A stretch of DNA of 61,096 bases from an uncultured Candidatus Saccharibacteria bacterium (GTDB lineage Bacteria > Patescibacteriota > Minisyncoccia > Phycocordibacterales > UBA9973): NCBI GenBank assembly GCA_964482735.1, contig CAYZYV010000003.1, positions 1-61,096 on the forward strand, given 5' to 3'. Of this stretch, positions 18,447 to 27,300 are shown piece by piece. The position numbers were made by a program, and so were the translations under genes. How positions within the stretch are numbered: the stretch's first letter is position 1; the number at the start of each line of letters is the position of its first letter. Under the pieces are notes generated by a model that saw only the letters and a program-made list of their open reading frames with translations, was not told the DNA's origin and ran no database searches.

Positions 18447-19274
18447 ATGAATAACCAAAAAGACACACAAAGGACAACAACAAATAGTTACGGACAACTA
18501 GATGTCTCTGATGTAAAAGCCTTATCTGGTATAGCTGTTTATGGGCTTACAAACAAAAAGACAGAAAAGTTGGTCACTGCACTTTATCTCGTATCTGATT
18601 GTATGGATACAGATGATGCACTCAAGAGTAAGATTAGATTATTAGGGGTAGAATTATTGTCCGATATCTACCAATACTCTGTATTATCACCAGTCGAAAA
18701 ATCCTCATTTGTCGCCACTCCTATCTCTCGAGTTTACGAACTCCTTTCCTTCATTGAAATAGCAAAAACGATTGGTTTTATCTCTGAGATGAATGCAAGT
18801 ATTTTGAACCATGAATTCTCTAAATTAGCTGTTGATTTGAGAGAGAGTGTAAGCAAAGATCGACACTTTTCTTTCACTCTTGATGACAAGATGTTTGAGG
18901 TTGGTGATGATGTATCTGAAGATTTACAAAAGGGTAATCAGAGTCTATCAAGGACATCTGAAAACATGTCCGTTAGAAATTTTGCACACAATCATTTGAC
19001 CAATAACGTCTCTTACAAAGACCAAAGGTTTGATAAGAAAGAGACAGCTAAAAAGACACTTTCTCATCTCCAAGGACCAGCCGCTAGAGAAGATAGAATT
19101 AAGAGGATTATGAGCCTCATCAAGGACAAGAAAGATGTTTCAATAAAAGACATATCAATCTTCCTTCCAGACTATTCAGAAAAGACAATTCAGAGAGAAT
19201 TAAACGGACTCGTAGATAAAGGACAAATCAAAAAGACAGGAACTAAGAGATGGTCTCGCTACAAACTCGCATAG
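18447..19274 (+). CDS. Hypothetical protein with C-terminal DeoR-like wHTH and helical N-terminus
   Basis: C-terminal RIMSLIKDKKDVSIKDI...SEKTIQRELNGLVDKGQIKKTG.KRWSRY. Confidence 0.75.
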   Translation: MNNQKDTQRTTTNSYGQLDVSDVKALSGIAVYGLTNKKTEKLVTALYLVSDCMDTDDALKSKIRLLGVELLSDIYQYSVLSPVEKSSFVATPISRVYELLSFIEIAKTIGFISEMNASILNHEFSKLAVDLRESVSKDRHFSFTLDDKMFEVGDDVSEDLQKGNQSLSRTSENMSVRNFAHNHLTNNVSYKDQRFDKKETAKKTLSHLQGPAAREDRIKRIMSLIKDKKDVSIKDISIFLPDYSEKTIQRELNGLVDKGQIKKTGTKRWSRYKLA

Positions 19275-19294
19275 TCAAATCCTAATTTGTTCCT

Positions 19295-19440
19295 ATTCGT
19301 GTCATTCGCTTTCATTCGTGCATTTGTGTCGTGTTTGATTTCTCCCATTCGTGTCATTCGTCCCCATTCGTGTATTTGTGTCGCGTTTGAAACCTATTCG
19401 TGTCATTCGCCCCCATTCGTGTATTTGTGTCGCGTTTGTC
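19295..19440 (+). repeat. Dispersed ~50-bp repeat family, array D (3 units)
   Basis: Units at 19295, 19347 and 19396 (periods 52 and 49 bp). Confidence 0.92.
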
Positions 19441-19564
19441 CTCTTTACTTATCCACACCCCATAAATAGCCATATATATTTGCATATTTATTTACGCGAG
19501 TATATAATATATGCATATATTATCGTTGCTGGTAATTATTTATCGAATATGGTAATATATGATA

Positions 19565-20165
19565 TCTCGTAGTTCTACTGCGGGAAGAGAAGATCATTGA
19601 AAATTTAATACCAAAAAGTGTTAATACCAAACAGTTTTTGGCGACAGTTTTTTACACTTCACTTCGGTGATGGGTAAAGACTATTATTACATTTTCTTTG
19701 GTCGGATCCGTTTTGATTTCACAAAGTTTGATTTCAAATTTTTGATCAACACTCAATATTTTTGATAGAGGAAATAGAGAGTTTAAATCTAAAAGTTTGT
19801 ATTACATTTTTTGAAAATCAAAATGTGTATCGGCCCTGTCGACAAGGCAGATATGCTTGTCACACTCTTCAATTATATTGAGGGGATGGCTAAGCAGATT
19901 TTTGTTTAGTTTACGACTCTAGATTTTGTTTCCATTTCGTTTTCATCTTTTTTATCTGACAACTACTTTTGATAGAGAGGTTGTGAAGAGGATAGGAAGA
20001 TCATAAACTTGGTTACGAGGTTTAGATGTTTAGTAAAAAATTATTAGTGATGTTTCATTGCTAGTAATTAAAAGATACACACACATTAGTTTTTTTCTTT
20101 AAGTACATATTTTTTAGCAGTCGTACTTAATGATAAGTCGGAACTAATCTAAACGTGTATAAATT
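19565..20165 (+). ncRNA. Candidate long structured leader or ncRNA upstream of the S-layer-like gene
   Basis: No long ORF; many hairpins (TCAC-TTCG-GTGA, GACAAGGCA-GATA-TGCTTGTC) and nested stems at 20075-20160. Not matched to a known family. Confidence 0.45.
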
Positions 20166-20172
20166 ATAAAAT

Positions 20173-21909
20173 ATGTCAAAGAAATTTTTAGCCGGAGTTT
20201 TCGCAGTAGCTGCATTCGCATTCGCAATGACAGTATCTGCTGCTTATGATTTCGGTGCTACTACTCTACGAGTAGGAAGCAAAGGAGAAGCTGTCAAAGC
20301 TGTTCAAACAGTTGTTGGCGCAACTCCAGTAGATGGAATTTTTGGAGCTATGACCAAAGCGAAAGTTATGGCATGGCAAGCAGCTAATGGTTTAGTAGCA
20401 GACGGAGTATTCGGTCCTGCATCTAAAGCAAAAGCTAACGCAACAGTTGTAACACCTACAACTCCTACAACACCTACAACTCCTACAACACCTACAACAT
20501 TGAAAGGTGGAGCAGGAGACTCTTCTATTAGTGCTTATTCAACAGGTTTGAAGAAAGACCTTAAAGAAGGAGATGAAGATGTTAAAGTATTGGGTGCTAA
20601 AATTGAAGCTGACGGTTCAGATATCGCAGTTAATAGTATTAAAGTAGAACTTAAAGGAGTAGGAACAAGTTCAACAAAAGTTTCAAAGTATGTTGAATCA
20701 GTAGATATCTACAAGGGTTCAGAAAAAGTAGGATCTGCAGATGTTTCTGACTTCTCAAAGGATGGAACAACTTACTCAAAATCAATAGCAACAGATGATG
20801 CTGTTGTTAAAGATGGAGACAAGGATGCTTTCTACGTAGTATTTAATGCTGCAAGCAGCATAGATGATAAGGATAATGGTAAAGACATTGATGTTTCTAT
20901 CGTTTCTTATAGATTCCAAGATGCTACAGGTGTAGTTTCAACAACTACAAAGACATTAACAAAGACAGTTAACCTTGATCTATCAAACACTTCTTCAGTT
21001 ACAATGAAGTCTTCTTCAAACAATCCTGAAAAAGCAACTATAAAAGTTGATGACAAGGATGTAACAGACGACGTATTAGCATTAGCTTTCAAGCTTGATG
21101 TTGATGATGATTCACAAGATCTTAAGTTAACAACTCTTCCTATCGTATTAACATTTGCAAACAACAGCACAGCAGAAGATTTTGCTGAGCAAGTAGTTGA
21201 TTCAGTAAATGTTAAGATTGATGGTGATGAATTTGAAGCAGAACTTAAAGTTGATGAGACAACAAACGGAGCAGGAAAGGCAATTTACGTTGCTGATCTT
21301 GAAGACGAAGATATAACTATTGAAGCTGGAGATGTTGTAGAAGTTAAAGCATACATCTCATTCAACGGCCAAGATGATTATGCAAATTCAACTACAGTTA
21401 CTGCATCAGTTGAAAATAGTGCTGGTCTATTTACTGACTCAGACTACAATACAGCTGCAGAAGTTGAAATCGTACTTGAAGACGAAGATGGTGACTCTGT
21501 ATACCTAGATGCTACAAAGACTGGTGGAGTATTAACTCTAAGCCAATCTCCAGCAGTTATTTCTTCAGTAACAGCTTCAAGTAAGACTGACAATAATTCA
21601 AAGATTGCTACATACACATTCAAGTTTACAGCTGAGGCTGATGGAAGTGATGTAACATTGACAAGTTCAACAATTGATACAACACCAGATGTTAATGGAA
21701 CAACTATTAAATTCAATATTGTGAAGAATAGTGGTACAGCTGTAACAAGTGGTGATGGATACAAGGTTGAAGATGGTAACAAGGCTACGTTCACAGTTAC
21801 TTACACTATTACAAGTGCTACAGGAGGAACATATTCTATGACTCTTGATAGCATTGATGGTGTTCAAATTGATGAAACAGCTGGACCAGAAACAATCGTT
21901 GCTGCTTAA
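20173..21909 (+). CDS. Secreted cell-surface/S-layer-like protein with peptidoglycan-binding domain
   Basis: Signal peptide; LRVGSKGEAVKAVQ...DGIFG..T...V.AWQ..NGL.ADG.FGP (PG_binding_1); (TPT)n linker; acidic beta-rich repeats; biased codon usage typical of high expression. Confidence 0.8.
   Translation: MSKKFLAGVFAVAAFAFAMTVSAAYDFGATTLRVGSKGEAVKAVQTVVGATPVDGIFGAMTKAKVMAWQAANGLVADGVFGPASKAKANATVVTPTTPTTPTTPTTPTTLKGGAGDSSISAYSTGLKKDLKEGDEDVKVLGAKIEADGSDIAVNSIKVELKGVGTSSTKVSKYVESVDIYKGSEKVGSADVSDFSKDGTTYSKSIATDDAVVKDGDKDAFYVVFNAASSIDDKDNGKDIDVSIVSYRFQDATGVVSTTTKTLTKTVNLDLSNTSSVTMKSSSNNPEKATIKVDDKDVTDDVLALAFKLDVDDDSQDLKLTTLPIVLTFANNSTAEDFAEQVVDSVNVKIDGDEFEAELKVDETTNGAGKAIYVADLEDEDITIEAGDVVEVKAYISFNGQDDYANSTTVTASVENSAGLFTDSDYNTAAEVEIVLEDEDGDSVYLDATKTGGVLTLSQSPAVISSVTASSKTDNNSKIATYTFKFTAEADGSDVTLTSSTIDTTPDVNGTTIKFNIVKNSGTAVTSGDGYKVEDGNKATFTVTYTITSATGGTYSMTLDSIDGVQIDETAGPETIVAA
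20452..20499 (+). repeat. In-frame 9-bp tandem repeat encoding the Thr-Pro-Thr linker
   Basis: (ACA/ACT CCT ACA) x5. Confidence 0.85.
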
Positions 21910-21948
21910 TTTGTTAAGTTTGAAAGATTAATATCCTCAAGGTATTCG

Positions 21949-21978
21949 AAAAACCCCGACTTCGGTCGGGGTTTTTTG
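21949..21978 (+). terminator. Intrinsic terminator
   Basis: AAAACCCCGAC-TTCG-GTCGGGGTTTTTT. Confidence 0.9.
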
Positions 21979-22161
21979 TTTGCCTAATTAAAATCACCCT
22001 CCCAAAAATCACTCCTTTATTTTTTCTCCTATCCCTGGGATAGGAGAAACAGGAGTGGAAAAAGGATTTTTTTTGCCTAATTCTCCAATAACCCTTGGAT
22101 CTTGCAGGATGGGGTAGAGTGGATGTAAAAATTAATACCTGTGGATATCAACAGAGGCAAG

Positions 22162-22213
22162 ACAGCCGAGGTCGGACCTAGTACGAGGTCCGACCTCGGC
22201 TGTTATCCACAGG
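22162..22213. repeat. REP/REPIN-like palindrome copy 1 plus TTATCCACA box
   Basis: ACAGCCGAGGTCGGACCT-AGTACG-AGGTCCGACCTCGGCTGT (18-bp arms), followed by TATCCACAGG. Confidence 0.9.
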
Positions 22214-22332
22214 TTAAATAAAAGCCTTATTCCATTGCTTTTATTGACAAACACCTTGACTTATTGTTATATAAAATGATATAATATAAGTATAAGAGTT
22301 CTTTTTGTTAAACCTTTTAATCACATCTTGTT

Positions 22333-22713
22333 ATGGACAGATATCAAGAAACAATTCTTTATGAGTGCGTAAATGAATTTTGTTCACTGTACCACCAAAG
22401 AGTTGAAGAGCTAAAAGAAAAGATCAAGGTAAAAAAAATTTCTAAGGGGTTTGTTTTTTCCGAAATCATTAATCTATTGTATTTCAAATACAAAAAAGAG
22501 CTGGGGTATGAAGGGAATCTGTCGGGTTTTAAAAGCCTGATAGTTAGAGAAAAGAATAGATTAAGAAAAGAAAAAGACGAATTCTTGGAGTCCCAAGAAT
22601 TATACGAGCAGAATTTGGTTTCTGATTCAAAAGAAGTCCACATGGTGGAATGGGGAGACGATATTTCTAAGCTTGATTTAGAAAGTCAAATAAAACTCGG
22701 TTTGAATATTTGA
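22333..22713 (+). CDS. Hypothetical protein between REP copies
   Basis: 126-aa ORF with a promoter (TTGACT 22256, TATAAT 22280) and a terminator at about 22714-22745. Confidence 0.6.
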   Translation: MDRYQETILYECVNEFCSLYHQRVEELKEKIKVKKISKGFVFSEIINLLYFKYKKELGYEGNLSGFKSLIVREKNRLRKEKDEFLESQELYEQNLVSDSKEVHMVEWGDDISKLDLESQIKLGLNI

Positions 22714-22792
22714 AGAGTGAGAATAGTCATATTCTCACTCTTTTTTAATTTTTAACTTACATAGGCCAGGGTCTACCTCTATCTAGTTTCCA

Positions 22793-22843
22793 ACAGCCGA
22801 GGTCGGACCTCGTACTAGGTCCGACCTCGGCTGTTATCCACAG
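22793..22843. repeat. REP/REPIN-like palindrome copy 2 plus TTATCCACA box
   Basis: Same 18-bp arms with the loop inverted (CGTACT). Confidence 0.9.
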
Positions 22844-22894
22844 ATTTTTAAAATATTACACCACATTTGAATAGCCATGTGTTATAATCAAAAC

Positions 22895-23566
22895 ATGACA
22901 ACTAGAAAAGTCTCTTTTGCACCGGGAGAGTTTTATCACGTATATAATCGCGGTAATGACAAGCGAGAGATTTTTCATGACCAACAAGATTATTCTTATT
23001 TCTTAAAAACCTTAAATATTTTTAATACTAAGATGAGTCTGCGCCTTCGATATGTGTCGAAGGATTTTTTTATTTGCAACAATAATCCCGGACTTGTCTC
23101 CATCGGTTGCTATTGCTTAATGCCTAATCATTTTCATCTTTTAATCACACAAACAGAAGATGGAGATATTTCAAAATTCATGCAGAAAGTCATGACTTCC
23201 TATGTGATGTATTATAATCAAAAATACAAAAGAACAGGGTCTTTGTTTGAAGGTAAGTTTAAATCAAAACATATTGGTGATGATAGGTATTTTAAATATT
23301 TATTTTCCTATGTGCACTTAAACCCAATAAAATTAATAGAACCTAAATGGAAAACAGAAGGAATTAAGAATCAAGAAAAAGCCTTAGAATTTTTGGAAAA
23401 ATATGAATACTCTAGTTATGGGAAATATGCAAAAGGAAAAGATAAATATAACATACTCAATACATCTGTTTTCCCAGAATATTTTCCAACGAAAGAATTA
23501 TTTAAAAAAGATATCTTTGATTGGTTAACCTATGGTGATGAATGCTTAGCTGACGAAGGAGGATAA
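22895..23566 (+). CDS. REP-associated tyrosine transposase (RAYT, Y1/HUH family)
   Basis: YHVYNRGNDKREIF, YCLMPNHFHLL (HUH), LFEGKFKS, Y.HLNP and YEYSSY motifs; flanked by REP palindromes. Confidence 0.92.
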   Translation: MTTRKVSFAPGEFYHVYNRGNDKREIFHDQQDYSYFLKTLNIFNTKMSLRLRYVSKDFFICNNNPGLVSIGCYCLMPNHFHLLITQTEDGDISKFMQKVMTSYVMYYNQKYKRTGSLFEGKFKSKHIGDDRYFKYLFSYVHLNPIKLIEPKWKTEGIKNQEKALEFLEKYEYSSYGKYAKGKDKYNILNTSVFPEYFPTKELFKKDIFDWLTYGDECLADEGG

Positions 23567-23577
23567 AAGCAAGGCAA

Positions 23578-23633
23578 GACCTAGTACGAGGTCGGACCTC
23601 GTACTAGGTCCGACCTCGGCTGTTATCCACAGG
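23578..23633. repeat. REP/REPIN-like palindrome copy 3 plus TTATCCACA box
   Basis: GACCTAGTACGAGG-TCGGA-CCTCGTACTAGGTC overlaps the standard hairpin, giving two alternative folds. Confidence 0.88.
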
Positions 23634-23710
23634 TTTAATTATGGTTGGAGTAAGATTAGATTTAAAAGTATAATGAAAATGTTGGAATTACAAGTATTTA
23701 TAATAAATAT

Positions 23711-24379
23711 ATGGAAAATTTAAACAATTTTAATCAAGAAAATATCGTTAGTGCAGGACAGGAAAAACCCAAAAGAAGTCTTGGAAGAAAGATTTTTTGT
23801 TTTATTAAATGGTTTTTGGTAACCATTCTCGCTTTATTGGTTGTAGGGGTAATTTTGCGTTCTATTCAATTATCAAAAATAGAAAAGACAGACAAACAAA
23901 TTGAGGTTATTCACTCAACTAAAATTACCATTGACGATGTGATGGGGGCAAATCTTCCGCCTGATCCAGGAGAAGAAGGTAATAAAACAATTGAGGGGGT
24001 AGATGCGAATAGAAACGGGATTCGTGATGACGTAGAGTTGGCAATTTTTAAAGAGTATCCAAATTCTGCAAAAACTAGAGCCGCACTTTTGCAGTATGCA
24101 AGAGCTCATTTTATGGCTACACAGCAGCCTTTCTTGAACAATGAAATTGCAACCGAAATTTCTAGAGAAATAAGCAGAGGATCTTATTGCATAGGAGAGT
24201 CTATTGATGAAGGAGATGACTATTTTGAAAAATTCCTATCATTAACTAATTTTATGGAATCAACAATATTTAACACAGAGGATAGGGTTCAATCTAGTAA
24301 TAATTTTTTTGAAAAAGTAAGAAGTTATTCTGATTTGGAAAATGAATGTGATTTAGATTACTCGACATTAAAAGGTTAA
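23711..24379 (+). CDS. Membrane-anchored hypothetical protein with a Ca-binding-like DxNxNG loop
   Basis: One TM helix; GVDANRNGIRDDVE; two Cys. Confidence 0.65.
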   Translation: MENLNNFNQENIVSAGQEKPKRSLGRKIFCFIKWFLVTILALLVVGVILRSIQLSKIEKTDKQIEVIHSTKITIDDVMGANLPPDPGEEGNKTIEGVDANRNGIRDDVELAIFKEYPNSAKTRAALLQYARAHFMATQQPFLNNEIATEISREISRGSYCIGESIDEGDDYFEKFLSLTNFMESTIFNTEDRVQSSNNFFEKVRSYSDLENECDLDYSTLKG

Positions 24380-24394
24380 TCATTAAAGAGTAAT

Positions 24395-27300
24395 ATGAAA
24401 AATAACATACTTAAAATGTGGTCATCTGCCATCGTACTTGGTTGTTTATTTTTATTTCCTGGAAGGTCAATTTTAGCCGAAGAAAAGTGCTCAACAACAG
24501 GGTATTCAATTATTTCTATTAACGGAATGCTTACAACTGCAAAAGGCGCCGTTTATAATAAAAATATGCTATCTGGAGCCTTGAAGATGAAAAGTTATAA
24601 CAACCAAAAGATCATATATGACTATGTTTATAATCCAACGCATGGATTTTTTGCTGATTTTATTGATGCTATGACACAAAAGACTTCGGAGAAAATGTTT
24701 ATATCTGATACGCACGATCTCAAAGATATGCTCGTCGACCTAAGTGCTAAAGTCAAAACTCAAAAGTTACTAATTGTTGCCCATTCACAGGGCAATTTTT
24801 ATGCCAATGACATCTATCGAACATTAGGGGATAAGCAGGGTGGAATTTCAAAATCTTCTATGGGTATTTATGGGATAGGAACGCCCACAAGCTATATTGC
24901 TGGAGATGGTAAATACATACTTTCAAAAAATGATAGCATAATAAATAAAATAAGATTGTTTGGAATGATTGATGTTTTGCCTGCTAACGTAGATATCCCA
25001 AAAGATGACGAAGACGAGCTTGATGGTCACGGCCTATCTGCAACCTATTTGAAATATCAAGGCAAAAGAATTTCTGCTGACGTTATGACAGCTCTTCATA
25101 AACTCAAAGAAGATCCTGTTCAAGATCCTAATCAAGCTTGTATTAATCCTCCAGAAATTACAATTTTAGATGAAACTGTTGACTTGGCATATAAAATTCT
25201 TGACCCAATTCAAGAGCTGATAAAAGATACAACAAATTTAGCCATTAACGATATAGCTAAACCAGTTTTTGGTCTTGTGAATAAATTTGGACGAGGTTAC
25301 ATGAAGCTAGTAAATAGTTTATTTTCAACTGCTAATATGTCTGAGAATACTAACGAAAATAAAGATCAAGATTATACACAAGAAGAAGCCGAAAATATTT
25401 TGGCTGATCAAAATTCAGAGGAAGGCACAGATATTGATTACGAAGATAAAACTAGAGAAGAAGAAAATCTTCGTCCTGTATTTGCGCAAAACTATGATGA
25501 TAATTTGACTAAAAATATAAATGAAGACACTAAAAATGAATCGCAAGAAATTAAAAAGATTAAAAGTAGCAGTCATCACTCCAGTCATCAACGAGATTTG
25601 AACAACGAAGAAGGGGCTGAAGAAAATAGTGGTGAAGATAATAGTAGTGAAGACGAAAATGATGATTCAAGTAACCAAGAAGGAAATCAAAATCCGAACG
25701 ACGAAGATGATGATGCAGATGAAAACAATGACGATGAAGATGAAGAAGTTATAAATCCACCCGTTAACCCCGGTGACACTGTGTCACCGGTTATTTTTTT
25801 AATTGGGGGTGAAAATATAAGGATATCAAATGGAACAACTTATACAGAATATGGTGCCACTGCTAGTGATTCGGTTGATGGGAATATAGAGGTAGAAATA
25901 ATTGGAAGTGTTGACGTTTTTGAAAATGGTATTTATACCATAACCTATAAGGCGACAGATAAAGCAGGGAACTATTCTACAAAAGAAAGGACAGTCGAAG
26001 TCTATACCCCTTTGCCAGGATTATACATTGATGAGAATACAGAGCTTCCGGCTGGTGAATATTTTTTTGAGAACGTGACAGTAACCAACAATGCTACACT
26101 TACTTTATTAACAGACAACGAATCAGACACGGATAATTTTCGAGGTGTAAAAATAAATGCAACTAATGTCACGATAGATTCAGGTGCGACGATTAGTTCA
26201 AACAATAATGGATTTTTTATTGGGCCGGGAACAATGACAGATAATCAATCTGGTGGTAGCCATGGGGGAAAAGGGGAATGGGCAGAGGAAGAGTATGTGT
26301 ATGGTTCTGCTGTATATCCTAAAAATTTGGGAAGTGGAGGTGCTATACAAAATCCGTATTATAAAGGTGGTGGTGCTATTTGGATAGAAGCAAGTGATAC
26401 TGTCATAAACAATGGTGTGGTATCAGCGACTGGTGGGGGAAGTGCTAGTGGAGGAAGTGTCTATGTTAATACAAAAAATTTAGAAGGCACGGGGACGTTT
26501 ATGGCAAACGGTGGAGGTCTGACTTATACTTCTATTTTTTATTATCCAGGAGGTGGTGGAAGAACGGCTGTTCATTATGAGAATTCTTCTTTTACAGGAA
26601 CAGTAGAAGCGGCTGCTGGAAGTGGACACGTGGGGTATCCAGATCTTGATAAGGGAGAAGATGGAACTGCTGGCTTGTTTGATAAGAAGAATAAAATTTT
26701 GTACGTAAACAAGAGTTGGGAATTTCTTAAGGTTGATGAATCGTTTGAAATAAATGAAGTTATTGTTTCAGATAGTGCTCAAATAAGATTTCAAGAGGGG
26801 TCTGATATTTTTGTTGATACTTTTATTCTAGAAGATCTTTCACAAATAATTTTGACTGGAGATGAAAACTTTGAAACTAAAGAGCTGTGGTTAAAAGATG
26901 GTAGTAAGGTTACAACTTATCCAGAGACCATCTTAAAAATAAAAACCGATAACCTTCATGTTGAGACAAACGCCACTATCAACGCTCAATCACTCGGTCT
27001 TTCTAATGGACCTGGAACACCCGATGTAGAAGATTGGGGTAGTACAGGAGCTAGTTACGGAGGCAAAGGAGGAGGCGATAATTCCAAACCAACTTATGGG
27101 GATAAAAATGAACCGTCAGATTTTGGTAGCGGAACAGAAGGATTCCGTGGAGGTGGTTCTATATATATTGAGGTAAAAGATACATTGTCGAATGATGGAA
27201 CAATTACTACAGATGGGTATCCTTGGAGGGTTAGTGGAGGATCAATATATATTAGGACAAAAATTTTATCTGGTGCTGGCAAAATATATTCTCGTGGAGC

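Noticed and set aside
19295-19440. CRISPR array (also arrays at 6.1, 15.7 and 18.1 kb)
   Set aside because: The variable parts are only 4 and 5-9 nt, there are no unique 25-45 nt spacers, and no cas genes are in the window.
18105-23631. Calling oriC here
   Set aside because: No dnaA, dnaN or parAB in the window, the boxes are dispersed over 5.5 kb, and no skew calculation was possible; kept only as a hypothesis.
25500-25760. Acidic low-complexity stretch as a separate repeat element
   Set aside because: It is an in-frame disordered linker of the large secreted protein with no regular DNA period.
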